Origin: Tubiluchus corallicola | Lineage: Eukaryota > Animalia > Priapulida | Length of the DNA stretch: 64,000 bases | Direction: 5' to 3' | Assembly (NCBI GenBank): GCA_030141605.1 | Contig: JAQGDQ010000503.1 | Coordinates: 1-64,000, forward strand | In this document: piece by piece, positions 44,880 through 58,500 of the stretch | Layout of the letters: each line of letters starts with the position of its first letter | How positions within the stretch are numbered: the stretch's first letter is position 1 | Position numbers and translations under genes: made by a program | Notes under the pieces: generated by a model | Database searches by the model: none | What the model saw: the letters and a program-made list of their open reading frames with translations, nothing else | What the model was told of the DNA's origin: nothing

Positions 44880-45319
44880 TGTTATCAGGACAATATGCAA
44901 TAGATAATTTACTTAATAACATAATTATGAAACATGCTTTGCAGTTTATTTTGAAATTTTTAATACATTGTAATTAAGACTAATGATTTTTTGTACTACA
45001 CCAACAAATTCTGCATCAAGTAGGCGATACAAAGTACAAACTGTTTACTTATTTGCAAGATTTTGACATAATTGATTCATGTCTGCCTCAGGTGCACTTG
45101 AACCTGAAAGCATCCAACTAATAGTTAAAAAGAAACTTGGGTTACAAGTTACTGTGATGTGCATTTTGACATTAATTTATTTGTGTTTGTACGATGTTCC
45201 AGGGCGTTGTTGAAATACAACATTTCCATTAAATAAAGCGCTATAGTAAAGCTATTTCAAATGTAAGTGATAGTGTGAAACAGTTTTTGCATCAAAGAGG
45301 ACTATCTTATAATAAATTT

Positions 45320-46020
45320 TGAAAACACAAATCAAAATTGCAGATTTTTAAACCATAAATTAGAGCTGCAATGTTTTTAAAGCACATGTAAAAGCTGCAA
45401 GCTTTTTATATGATAAAATGCTTTAAGGTTGCAATGTTTTTCAGACACATAGAAGAGCTGCAAGGTTTTAGAACATAAATAAAAGATGGAATATTTTTAA
45501 AACACATGGGAAAACTCCAAAGCTTTAAGACACACATAAAAGCTGGAATGTTTTTAAAACATATAGAAAAGCTGCAAGGCTTCCAGAACACAAAAACTAA
45601 AATGTTTTTAAACCACATACAAAAATTGCAAGGCTTTCAGAACACATATAAAAGCTGTAATGTTTTCAAACACATACAAAAACTGCAAGGCTTTCAGAAC
45701 ACATATAAAAGCTGTAATGTTTTTCAAACACATACAAAAACTGCAAGGCTTTCAGAACACATATAAAAGCTGTAATGTTTTTCAAACACATACAAAAACT
45801 GCAAGGCTTTCAGAACACACATAAAAGCTGTAATGTTTTCAAACACATATAAAAACTGTAAGGTTTTCAGAACACATATAAAAGCTGTAATGTTTTTCAA
45901 ACACATACAAAAACTGCAAGGCTTTCAGAACACACATAAAAGCTGTAATGTTTTCAAACACATATAAAAACTGCAAGGTTTTCAGAACACATATAGAAGC
46001 TGTAATGTTTTCGAACACAT
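45320..46020. repeat. ~30/60-bp minisatellite, degenerate on the left and homogeneous on the right
   Basis: aaactgcaaggctttcagaacacatataaaagctgtaatgttttcaaacacatacaa units. Confidence 0.9.
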
Positions 46021-46629
46021 GTTAGCTCCCAGATGCATGTCAATTACTTTCACACATGCAAACAGAAAATCTCAAGTCTCTAAATAAAGCACGCTGCCAA
46101 ATCTTACCAATTAGTTTAACTGTTGATTAATGTTTAACCAGCAGTGGCTAACATTAACTATCATTAACATTAACTATCATTAACCAATCAGTGCAACTCA
46201 CTAACAAACACGTCTAAACAACAAACAGCTTCTTTAGAAATTGAATTATGTTTATTGTTGATATGGATCTCTTTTCACATTAAGCACATTCTGTTTAATA
46301 TACTGCACTACAGTAACAGTGTCACCATCTACTGAGCTAATACTGAACTAATAATGAGTGTAGCATGCCATTAAAGAAAAGCCAGAAAAAAGGCTAGATT
46401 CAGAATTGCAAAAAATCTGGAATAATCCTACGCCTGAACGAAAAAGCTAGGCTGAAAAACGGGTAAAATTGTTTAAGATCTGCATTAAAATTGAGATTTT
46501 TTTAAATGTAATGGAAAAATGTCATACAAAGCGAATTTTAAATGCAAGACCTAGTTTTCAACAAATTTGCAGTTTATTTACACAAAATCAAAAACCTTTC
46601 ATTGTTTCGTCTGTATGATGATAATCATG

Positions 46630-47076
46630 CATCAATACCATATCCAACAATTCCATACCATATCCCACAATTCCACAGCACAACCCACAATTCTGTACCA
46701 TATCGCATAATTCCATAGCGTATCCCATAATTCCATACCATCTCCCACAATTCCACAGCACAACCCACAATTCCACAGCACAACCCACAATTCCATACCA
46801 TATCCCACAATTCCACAGCACAAACCACAATTCCATTCCATATCCCTCAATTCAATACCATATCCCACAATTCCATAGCATATCCCACAATTCTACAGCA
46901 CAACCCACAATTCCATACGATAACCCACAATTCCACAGCACAACCCACAAGTCCATACCATATCCCACAATTCCATACCACATCCAACAATTCCATTCCA
47001 TATCCCACAATTCCATAGCACGTCCCACAATTCTGTACCATATCCCATAATTCCATACCATATCCCACAATTCCAT
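46630..47076. repeat. 20-bp minisatellite (ccacaattccataccatatc and variants)
   Basis: About 22 units. Confidence 0.95.
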
Positions 47077-47644
47077 TAAAATTCACTCAAACTCTGTGAC
47101 CACATTATGAAAAAATTAAGTTCTAACAAACCTTCTAGATGAAATTAATTAAAAAAAAACAAATTTAATATGTACAATTAACTTATAAGAAGTAATTTTT
47201 ATTAGAATAGTGTAAAATGGAGTAGGCAAACTATTAAGTATATTTGAGCCACAAAAGAAATAAATTAGAAAATTTACAGTATAAAAAATAATAAACTTCA
47301 CTCTACCTGTCCATTAACAACAACAAAGTTATACGATACACAATTTAAAAACATATATACATAAACAATAACACTACCATATGTATACCAAAAAATAAAG
47401 TAATTTGACAGATCTTTCACACAATTGAGCTAGCTTGGACAACTGAATCTCCAACATTTTAAAAGAGTTTAAACAATTCTAGTTTCATGACATTATATCA
47501 CACCGCCAGTCTGTCCACTATAACTGTCTGCCACTAATTGTGCAATGTTAAAATACGGCTGGATAAATTTAACCAGGCCCGAACTGAGGGGCGTAGCCAG
47601 GTCCTAAAGTTAGGGGGAGCAAGCACATAAAAAAGGCACCGTGA

Positions 47645-48250
47645 CAGGGGCGTAGCCAGCTTCTAAAGTTAGGGGGAGCAAGCACATAAAAAAGGCACCG
47701 TGACACGTATTAAATGATTTCTAAAGAACTGATTATACATTTTAATTTTGTGTTTAAAATCAAAACACGAGGAAGATACAGTTATAAAGGAAGTACATAA
47801 TTGTTATTTTGTATTTAAAATTAGAAAACAACAAAATGGTTTACAGTAAACTCTTAAATCTCAAAACGTAATAAAAACACGTGTTATTTAATTGTTTTAA
47901 TTTTAGATGTAAAATGAAACCAAAATGAACCATAGTGAAACATGTAAGATGAAGGAACTACAACAGTCTCTCTCATCTAGGTTTCATCCCAGCAAAGTAA
48001 TTTATGACTTTATTATAATCCACCTGAGTAACCAATTCTCTTTCAATGGAGAGCAAGACTAACCCAGACAATTTATCCTCATCCATTGTAGTAATAAGAC
48101 AGGACTTTATCAAATTCAGCCGATTAAATGATCATTCAGCAATTGCACAAGGGAAATAAAGAATTAAAAACTGTTGAAAAGGCACTAATTTTGAGAAATA
48201 AACCACTATGGGGAGCAGTGGCTCCCCTTCCCCCATTAGCTATGCCACTG
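47645..48250 (-). mobile_element. Internally deleted hAT transposon retaining the transposase C-terminal dimerisation region
   Basis: TIRs CAGGGGCGTAGC and GCTATGCCACTG. Minus strand about 47957-48148 reads AE*SFNRLNLIKSCLITTMDEDKLSGLVLLSIERELVTQVDYNKVINYFA. Confidence 0.8.
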
Positions 48251-48726
48251 GCATCACATATAGCTTAACAACACAATAACAAACCTAAGGTTGCCATGAG
48301 AGCTGACAATATTAATACACGGCTTGTACGAACCACTAGAGGGAGCAGTCGCTCCCCTTGCTCCCCCATTAGCTATGCCACTGGCATCACATTTAGCTTA
48401 ACAACACAATAACAAACCTAAGGTTGCCACAAGAGCTGACAATATTAACACACGGCTTTTACGAACCACTAGAGGGAGCAGTCGCTCCCCCATTAGCTAT
48501 GCCACTGGCATCACATTTAACGTAATAACACAATAACAAACCTAAGATTGCCACAAGAGCTGACAATATTAATACACAGCTTGTACGAACCACTAGAGGG
48601 AGCAGTTGCTCCCCTTGCTCCCCCATTAGCTATGCCACTGGCATCACATTTAACTTAATAACACAATAACAAACTAAAGATTGCCACGAGAGCTGACAAT
48701 ATTAATACACAGTTTGTACAAACCAC
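48200..48726. repeat. ~120-bp tandem repeat (about 4.5 copies) containing the hAT terminus
   Basis: ctcccccattagctatgccactggcatcacat recurs four times. Confidence 0.9.
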
Positions 48727-48847
48727 ATGTTACATCTAAACACTGCAGAAAGTGCAATAGAATTATTCGTAAATGTTAAAGCACGATAATAATGCTTACA
48801 CCACTTGGATGTGGTAATTTCAAGAATGAAACAGTAAAGTGTTTTAA

Positions 48848-49302
48848 CCCTTTCATACCCGTTGTATCCCGTGGGATACGAGAATATTTTCTGCCTTTAA
48901 AATTAATCAAATTTTAAAACTGACAGTTATTTGATCTGGTAATAGTTATTTTGATTTAAGCCAATAACAATAGACTAAAAATGGTGACAAAATGGCAAAC
49001 TAGAAAATCTACATAGCATAAAAAACTGCGCAAGGTACAGTACTTTAGAGACGACTTTGTACAGATCAGCATAGCATGCATACTAAATGTCTTAAATACT
49101 TTAAAAATTACCAGCAGTTGCAAAATGAAGGACATTTCATGCTTCCATTTAATCCCAATGTATCCCGTGGGATACAGGCTATATTTAACACGCGGGCACA
49201 GGTAGAAAAAAATTATTATGTGCAAAGGAGATGGACATACTGAGCAAAAGTACCAAGCCAAAAAAATTTTTCTTATTAAAAAATAATTTGGGACTGAAAG
49301 GG
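48848..49302. mobile_element. piggyBac-type MITE
   Basis: TTAA|CCCTTTCA...TGAAAGGG|TTAA, with TTAA target-site duplication. Confidence 0.85.
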
Positions 49303-49795
49303 TTAACTGCGTGACAAGTTAGCAAAATAAACAGAACCTGTTAAGAAACCTCTCCCCGATTCTGATATTCATAACAAGAAAATCCTGCTTATTTGTTGGG
49401 ACCAGTCCTGCGAATTCATCGACTGATTCTTACACTTCAACAGCTTACACTTCTCACACCAAGACTTTAAACAACAACTTATAAATACTTCAGTTTACAT
49501 ACAAAAATTCTACCGTCTAAGAACAAAGTGGAAGAATTTATAACAGACTTACAGATTTCAAAATGATTATACAACAGTTTAGAGACACTGCGCTTAAAAA
49601 TTAGAAATATTTGCACAAAAGCACAATTTAACCTCACAACTTGACAAAACACTGAACAATTGTGGAAAGCTGTAATTTAACAACAGTGTACAAAATACGA
49701 TACGACAAAATAACTAACAATTGTGCGAAACCTGTAATATAACAATAACGTATTTTTACAATATCTTACAATTTGACAATAAGTACAAATGATAC

Positions 49796-50190
49796 AATAA
49801 GCCTTTTCACAAGTGCAGCGATTGATGATAATCGTGAAAAAGTCAAAGGTTAAGTGTACCAGACAACGCGTTTGTGTACACTTGACAACGCCTCGCAGCC
49901 CATGCTGTTGTAATAGTAACAGTTTTAACAGCTAACTAGAACTTCACCTAGTTAATTTTTTCTTGTTTCCAATCAAGATCCTGCTAGTAAATAACTCTAC
50001 GCACAAACTAGTGCATAATAAAGTAAAGGCCACGTAAAATAACTGAAGTAACTGAACTGATGCGGCAGGTGGCCTTGCTTTACCCACACGTCAGCTGATG
50101 GTTGCAGTTAAGACGCGTTGCTGTGGTACACTTAACCTTTGATCTACAGCAACTGCGCGTGCACATAGCAAAGCTGTGAAAAAGCTTATT
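49796..50190. mobile_element. MITE family C (TIR AATAAGCCTTTTCACA); related full or partial copies at about 51850-52080, 52232-52612, 54200-54406, 59868-60105 and 62259-62440
   Basis: Inverted termini and shared internal motifs aggttaagtgtaccacagcaa and ttacgtggactttac. Confidence 0.75.
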
Positions 50191-50383
50191 AACTTCCTAC
50201 AGGCAAGTAGTATAAGAAATCCTGCCAGTTGAAATTACGCAACACAGAAGATCGCTATTCTTTCAAGAACCTGTCATTGATAATTCACTAACAAATATAG
50301 TTCATTATTTTCTAAATTAAATTAAAAACTTCCTACATAACAATAAGTAAGGCATCAGTCCAACGGCACACATCAGCATAAGA

Positions 50384-50847
50384 TTATGGTGATTCGGAGA
50401 TTGCTGTATCTCCCGAGATTGTTGCCTCACTTATGGTTATGACCGGTACCGTAGGCACAGCATTGGTGTCACCCACCGGTAAGGTACCGTAATTTGTTGG
50501 CAGATGTGCCGAGTTTGACTCATTAGTAGATATATCATTTCTAACTTTGTTTTGAGATGAAACGCCATCTGACATGTCGTCCAGTTTACTATGATCAGAT
50601 GAAACACCATCTGACATGTCATGCAGTTTACTATGATCAACCGATGGTTTGTACAACCACCAAGACATGAAGAAAAACAGCGTTGAACAAGATTTGCCGA
50701 CGATGGCGAGTGCTAGCATGTTCATGGCCATTTTGCGATTGTTGTAGAAATGGCAGGAACCTTTGGAATCTTCCCCGCAGGAATCCGACCATTGTTGACA
50801 GGATAAATCCATGATCCAGCCGAACAGTAACGGTGCCGGTATTGTGC
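50384..50847 (-). CDS. OATP/SLCO transporter, last exon
   Basis: GTIPAPLLFGWIMDLSCQQWSDSCG...GSCHFYNN, last TM and stop; tttag| acceptor, phase 1. Confidence 0.92.
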
Positions 50848-51189
50848 CTAAACAAAAATCAATAAACAGCTCGTCAAAACGTCTATGACTACAGCGATAA
50901 AAACGCCCGTGAAAACGTTACTTGCAGCATGTAGCAAAATTGCTCTTCAAAATGCCAAAAAAAGCTCGCTGATTAGACGTTAGAGCTCTTTTCTCGCTAT
51001 GCTAGTAAAATGCCGGTAAAAATGGCTGCCACAGCGATTTAGTTGCAGATTGCATAATGCGCATCTCACTAAACAACAGCTGTATACATTTCCCCATAAT
51101 CTACAATGTAGACTACACATACTGCACGCACTGTCTAGTAATTAATTTCTTTGCAATTAACTAACTCTAATGAATTAAAAGTGAGTACA

Positions 51190-51616
51190 TTAATATCACG
51201 GTTTGCAGGACAAAAGCGTGGCGACTTCAGTCCAAATTTGGCCATTGTCCGCCTTATTTACCGATACTAAACTAATACAGTAGCTGCAGTGTATTAAACT
51301 CACGGTAATGTACAATAAATCACCCAATTGTCTCAAAAACACGTAGTACGGGCTGTTCCTATGCAAAGTTATATAAAAACTGTCGACAATTGACTCAAAT
51401 AACTCCACACAATTGACTCTAAACAACTTGCACATGCTACACGTGTTGTTACATGCTGCTTAGCTGTAAACAAAATGACGGCCCGCCATCTAGCGGTCAG
51501 CTCATGAAACAACGGACTGTGTCCGTAGTATGCACGACTTTTTAACGGTCCAGATTTTGTATGAATTTTCCGATATCCATAAAAGCGCGGTCCGGCAAAC
51601 CGAGATGTGAGTGTAT
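51190..51616. mobile_element. MITE family B, compact ~425-bp copy
   Basis: Termini atatcacggtttgcaggac and gtccggcaaaccgagatgtgagtgta. Confidence 0.75.
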
Positions 51617-51724
51617 TAGCAATGTAAGCATGCAAAGATGCTAACATGTTCACAGCGAGAAGACAAAACTATTTTAACTATTTGTTCTTAATTATTTTAA
51701 CTTTTTAAACTATTTTGTACTTAC

Positions 51725-51789
51725 CTAAACATCTAACATATATCCACTCATTTCCAAGTGCAAAAGACCTTTGTTTCGGCGCTACACAC
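51725..51789 (-). CDS. OATP/SLCO exon
   Basis: RCVAPKQRSFALGNEWIYVRCLG; canonical AG/GT, phase 2-1. Confidence 0.92.
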
Positions 51790-53167
51790 CTAAAGTTTGC
51801 AAAACAATACTAAGTTTTGACTGAGCTAAAATCTATGCTTGCAATTGCAATAAGTCTCTTCACAGTTTCGTTGTGTGCACGTACACTTGCTGTAGGTCAA
51901 AGGTTAAGTGTACCACAGCAACACGTTTTAACTACAACCGTCACGTGATGTGTGTGTAAAGAAAAGCTGTCTGTGGGATCAGTTCAGTAATTTAAGTTGT
52001 TTTACGTGGACGTTACTTAATTATGCATTACTCTGTGCATAGAGTCATTTACTAGCATGATCTCGCTTGAGAACAAGAAAAAAAGATTGCTTTTTAACTG
52101 GGCCACATTGACTTTTGCACATTTGACAACACACACTTGTGATGTGTTACTAAAACAGAATCTTGTAAATAAACACATAGTTATTCGTTACCGAGTAATA
52201 ATAATATATATTAGTTTTATTTATACACATGCATAAGCCTTTACAGTTTCATTGTGTGCAAGAGCATTTACTGTAGGTAAGGTTGGTTAAGTGTACCGCA
52301 GCAATCCCTATCTTGACTGCAATAATCACGTGATATGTAAGTAAAGCAAAGCCGTCTGCCACATCAGTTTAGCAATTTTAGTTGTTTTACGTGGACTTTA
52401 CTTGATTATCCATTAGTCTGGGCACAGTGATTTACTAGCAGGATCTTGCTTGGGAACAAGAAAAAATCAACTAGGTAAGGTTCTAGCTAACGGCTAAAAC
52501 TGCTACTATTACAACAGTATGGGCTATGAGGCGTTGTCAAGTGTCTAGAACACGTGACCTTTGACTTTTTCACGCTCATCATCAGTTGCTGGAACTGTGA
52601 AAAAACGTTATTTATTGCACTGCAAAATTGTATCTACTATCTCAACCATTGTCAACTAATCTCACCATATAAAAATACAAGTAACAGAACCATTACTGTT
52701 ATGAAAATACTGTAACAAGCAACAAAACTGTCAGTCTATGAGAAGCCAAACCTATCTGCGCGAAACCAAACTACAAGAACACTATCAAGATGGCATCACT
52801 TAGTTAAACAAATCAATGCTTTAACAAAGCTACGCCATAACATAAATTCTGCCAAATCCCTAACTGCGTGACCACTGCTGTCACTAGCTACATGTTACTA
52901 CGTGCACTAATGCATAAGCGTTGTCATGGTTATGCCAAATGTCTTGGGATACAGCAAAATTATTTAAGAATTTGCAACCCAAAATCTTATACAAGGAAGT
53001 ATTAAACAAGGTTGTTATTCTAAAGTTACCATATCAGAAAAAACCAGGGAGTTACAAACAAACGTCCGTTTAATCGCTAAAACCACACATGCATTTCATA
53101 GTGGATGTTAAAGTAAAATAAGGTTACATAGAAGGTCTAACTAAAGTAACTAATACAGTTTCCATAC

Positions 53168-53352
53168 CTTAAGGTGGAACACATTGCAGGCATTATGGTC
53201 GCAAACGTTTGCACGACCAGAACAAAGAACATCGTCAGAAAGATAGCAAGTTGCCATTTGCAGTTTGATTCACACAAGTTATCTATTGCATCTGCCTGGA
53301 AGCCATTGACGTTTGTAGCATTGGCATTAATACAAGCACATTGTCCATAGAT
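53168..53352 (-). CDS. OATP/SLCO exon
   Basis: IYGQCACI...LCESNCKWQLAIFLTMFFVLVVQTFATIMPAMCSTLR; phase 0-2. Confidence 0.9.
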
Positions 53353-54496
53353 CTAGTCAAAAACAAACGCAAATACCATGAGGAAGAGATGGGAAAATGA
53401 GATTCGGAACTAGAAACATTCTTTCTCCTCAATCGTAATTCTGTTTAGTGGGTAGATAATAATTTCAAGGTCTTGTACAAGGGCTACACACCGGGCCTAT
53501 CTGTCTTGCACAAAGGCCACACGCAGTGGCGTCGTGCTATAGGGGCCCGCCCCCCCCAATTTTTTTAGAAAATGTCAAAAATTAAAAGGGTGTCAGCGGC
53601 TCGTAATGAGACCGGTAAGCAAATTTATTTCCGACTTTTTGACACGCAATAGCGGGCCAGCGCTCCATAAATGCGAACAGTATGAGGATGAGTATGTGTT
53701 TACCTGAAAGTCAGGATGTAGTTAATTTGTTTGCATGTAATCTATTCAGGAGGCAGGCAGGAACAGTTAACAAAGCAGCTCGTTTAGTAGCATTAGCGTC
53801 TTTGCACAAAAGACTGTTAGTTAACAAAACCGCTCAGTTAGCAATCGAGCTTCGTTCAGCAGTGTGTTATAATAGAGAATAAGTGAAATAATAGAGCAAA
53901 AACAATGCAAACATTGAAGTCATGTTGAGCTAGCCTAGTACCAGAGAGTCAGTTTGGGAGATACAAATTGATGAGCCACGGCTCAGCCACCTCCTGATTG
54001 GACATTACCGACTCTTTGCTACTCCTTGGCCACTCTTTCCCACGAGTTTGCTGCATAAAAGGGCGTGATTTTGAGCACATTTCATCATTTTTCTCCTGCT
54101 AGGAAAATCTTTGCTAGTTTTCGCTGCCATTTTAGCTATATTTCTTAAACGATGTCAAGGCAGTCCAATCTGACTTCATTTTTCAAGTCGAACCGTGTTC
54201 CACACGCCACACGTGAACGACCCAGCAAAATCTTGCCTGAGAACAAGAAAAATGAACTAGGTAAGGTTCTCGCTAGTAGTTAAAACTGTTACTATTACAA
54301 TAGCTTAGGCAGCAAGGCATTGTCAAGTGCACATAAATGCGCTGTCTGGTACATCCAACCTTTTAGTGATCACCATCAATTGCTGGAACAGTGAAAAGGG
54401 TTATTATTTCTCTGACACGAGAGAACATACAATGTTAAAAACATCTTAAGAGGAGAGTAGAACTTCTTTGTTGTACCTGTGGCTTACAATACTTAC

Positions 54497-54656
54497 CGGT
54501 GATTCGTCCACATCAACCGACTTTGTTTTACATCCCGCGTAACAAGGAGAATAGTAATTAATGCCATCGTTACCACATACAGGGTGATAAGTTGCCTCTG
54601 AACAGGTGCAATCAATGTTGCAAAGTCTGGACAAATTTACATTCACATCTACTGAG
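54497..54656 (-). CDS. OATP/SLCO exon (Kazal-like extracellular loop)
   Basis: CNIDCTCSEATYHPVCGNDGINYYSPCYAGC; phase 2-0. Confidence 0.93.
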
Positions 54657-54972
54657 CTGCAAAAGCAATATGTCTCTATTATCTCTCTATCAAAGGTCTG
54701 AAAAAAGATGATACTGTAACGTTTTCTGTGGCATCATCTGTGTTTCTTATCCGCATCACAAACACTGGGAAGCAATCCCTCCCCCGAGCAAATTTTTGAA
54801 AAACGGCACTTTTTCAACGCTTTTTTAAAATCTTTAGTTCAGTTGTACGATAAAAGTCGAATCCTTTTTTGTTTTTTCATCGCACGGCCATGGAAGAATT
54901 TTCTGGAGTAAACATATACAGACATAGAACATAAATCGCTTTGAAAGAAAGATGTTTTGTGCATTATTTTAC

Positions 54973-55330
54973 CCAGTGGCATATCTAGTAGGGGAGCGAG
55001 GGGAGCAACTGCGCCCCCTAAGAACGTTTTTCCAAATTGGTGCCTTTTCCACAATGGAGTCATTATTTTATTTGACCAACCTGTTGCCCATGTTTTTAAA
55101 ATGAGCGTCCATTTACACAACTCGTTTGTTAAGGTTGACTGATTGAACCAACCAACGATCAAATTGCCTCAAATTTAATTATTATAACATATTCTTCTCA
55201 CACGCTGATACTGTTTGTTGTGGCATAGACAACAGATAAACATATAATTGCTTCGTGTCACTGCATGTTTTTTATGTGCTCGCTCCCCCTAACTTTAGAA
55301 CCTGGTTACGCCCCTGTCACTGCGTCTTTT
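54973..55330. mobile_element. Short non-autonomous hAT derivative related to the 47645-48250 element
   Basis: cagtggcatatctagtagggg ... ctcccctaactttagaacctggttacgcccctg. Confidence 0.65.
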
Positions 55331-55555
55331 TTATAGTTGGCAGTTGACGACGCATGACGTGTTTTTGACTTCGTCCGCAGTATATGTCATGCTGTACAAG
55401 TTCTAACGTACTGTACAGTAATGTTGTAGCCACCTGCTTTACGGTCAAAATGAGATAGAATTGGCCATTAAAGTTTTATAATGATATAAGGAAGTATCTA
55501 CACGGTGGATTTCTTTTCATATATAAGTTAAAATAATAGTGCAGTGCCGACAGCT

Positions 55556-58500
55556 ATGGAAGAAAACTTGGGAGAAAGAGTACGCCGAGAAATTGAAAAC
55601 TTGGATTTGTAGCTGGAGCCAACCATTATGAGAATGCTTACACGACCTGAGAATGTAAGTGCTATCAAGTTGGTGATTGATATTTTTGTTGAGCCAATCA
55701 TAAAGAAAACTATCGATGAAGCAATGCCAAGCAAATCTTTCGATGAATTTTCTAAAACTTGCGACAATTTAGAAGCCAAGCTTAATGAGCTTGAACAGTA
55801 TTCGAGACGAAATACAATTAGATGTTTTGGCCTTGTAGAAAATCAAGATGAAAATACGGATGATCTTGCTCTGTCTCTGTTCAATGACGATCTTGGATTA
55901 AAAAGTGTGACAATTGCAGACATTGACTGTACTCATAGAGTTGGTCGTGTTAATACTGACAACCCGAGACCAAGAGCAGTAATATGTATATTTACGACGA
56001 ATAGAGTTAAACCGGAAGTAATGACTGCTCGTGAAGAACAACAGACAGAATAAAATGCCGGTACCACCGTTTGTCGTGAGAGAAGATTTGACGGCCAGGA
56101 ATCTAAACATAGTCAAAAAATGTATTTCGCTTGCTCAATCCAAAAAGATTACATCCACGTGGACAATCGATGGCAAGATCTTCGTAAAAGATAGACATGG
56201 CGCAAGACATCAGATCAAGGACGTTAGTGATCTCTGTAACTACGGCGATACAAGGTATATGGATCGAGTTGAGAACAATGTAGTAGGAAGAGAGGATGTG
56301 CAAGGTATGCCTAGATTATCCTCTAAAATGACAGTTTGATCTTCAAAGATGACGTAAGTCTCCTATTCGTTTTAAGTGGCTGGTAATAACAATAACTTGA
56401 CTGGCTAGTATATATCCTTATGCAGTCAGTGTTGTATAAGTGATTACTTTATCTTTGGAATAAGTGCGTTTTTAAAGCTTTTTCTTTCTAAAAAATTAAA
56501 CACTAAAATGAGGTTTCATTACATATATCTTAAAAAGTCAGCTGTTGAATCTTTAGTATGAGTATGCCTATAATTACAATAATATCACTGGCCTACAGGC
56601 TACAGGTTGTAGTAGGCTTTTACACGATAAAGTTGTTTCACCAACTTAATTTAATTTGCGATTACTATGAAATAATGATATCACCAGTTTTTTGTTTTGT
56701 ATTTGACGTTTTTCGTAAATGTCAAATTTCTAGTTGAGGAGTCTCAGAATGACAACTGACTATGTCATTAATTTGTTTGTGACCCTTAATACATATAACT
56801 CAACATTATTTACCTTTTGAGATATTAATTGCAAAATGATTGCACATTATTTGTTTTAGTTTTTGTTAAATTTTTGTGTTTTTTATTTTATAATATACTG
56901 TATACAGTATAATACTTCACAAAATTGCCTACAAGACTTCAAGAAAACATTTTAGTCTTAATAAAATAATAATATTTTTATTTATCTTGTCACACATGCA
57001 CAGTTATGATACAATTAATTTGGAGACAAAAATGTGAAGAAAGGGCAGCGAAAGACCAATTGGTCATCTAGTCGGCTGCCCTTTGGTTAGTGATGAACAT
57101 TTTTATAGGCGCTATGCTACAGTGTATTAGTGTTAGTACTGCTTATAATAAAAATTTAATTGTTACGAATGACATTAAATTGATATGCTTATAACGTGTT
57201 AATACAATTCATACACAGTAATAATAAGTGCATAATAAAAGAATCAAACTGAAATAAAACTGAAATGAAACAAGAACTGAAATAAAAATCTGACAACAGA
57301 AACATAATAACAATGGCAACAGAAATATACTTTATAACACAAGCATAATTCTTAGACATAAACAAGCGAATGTATAATGGAGTCATAATATATCATAATA
57401 ATGTAAAAAATTGCAGAGATCTGAGGTAAAATAAATGGGCAGATGGTTAACTAAGTTTAGTTAATTCGCAATGTGATGACTCTGGGATGTCTAAAATTTT
57501 TGTAATCATAACAATGTAAATGCTTTAGTTTAGTTTAAATATTAAGAGATATGCAGGGCTAAAGGTCACCTACTGCAAATGTATTTTGTGAAATTTTTGT
57601 TCTTGTGTACAGTAGTTAGCACGTAGACTTCAACAATAATTATTCTTTTTTGCCCTCTCAAATCCGGTCTAGCTAGATTAAATGCAAATCATTCAAGATC
57701 ATGATGAGAGCATCGTACAGTTACTACACATAATACTCCATACTATTAATTCCAAAGATAAGAAACTGGTTTGTTTTTTTAGTTATTGCAAATTAACATT
57801 ATGTATAGTGTATAAATTATATAGTGTCCACTTGCGGCAAATGCTGGAGTGAAATTATAATAAAGACTGTGTTATGTTTGAAGCTTAAATTCACCATGTT
57901 GGATGCTTATGTGCTGTGCAATAGGTTTAGTCCCTTACAGTGTATGTACTAGTAGTGTACTCCTGCAGGCTTGTAGTCAGTTAAACTAAGCTGTATTGTA
58001 GATACGTCTGTGTTACAAATTTTGTTTTTCAATTTCCAAAATTTACAAAGTTAAAATAAGTCAGAAGTTAAGACTAAAATTGTTAATTTATTTTTTCCTC
58101 TTTGGAAACTTATGTATATTCACTAGATTGAAAATCTAAACCCTTTATTCATTAATTTATGCTTTAATATTTTCATTGTTTTAATATATTCTACGGTGAG
58201 ATATTAGTGTTGTAATTGCTTATATTCAAAAACAACAAATCAAAATATTGAGATTTTTTATTCTCGTTAAGCAGTGGCTACTTCAGTTTGAGATTCTTCA
58301 AAATCTGTTTGTTGATGATGTTACTAACACGGATGAGTCTAATTGCTGTGGTTTATGTTACAAGTTGATTACTAATTACCGAATTATTATCCAATGTTCT
58401 TATTGCAATTCATATTACCATCGCAGATATGTATCTATACCAACCTATATTAATAATAATGATCCATTCATGTGCTCGGTGTGTTATGACAATGTCTTTC

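Noticed and set aside
45406-47086. Multiple short Cys/Trp-rich ORFs
   Set aside because: Translations of the 60-bp and 20-bp minisatellites in several frames.
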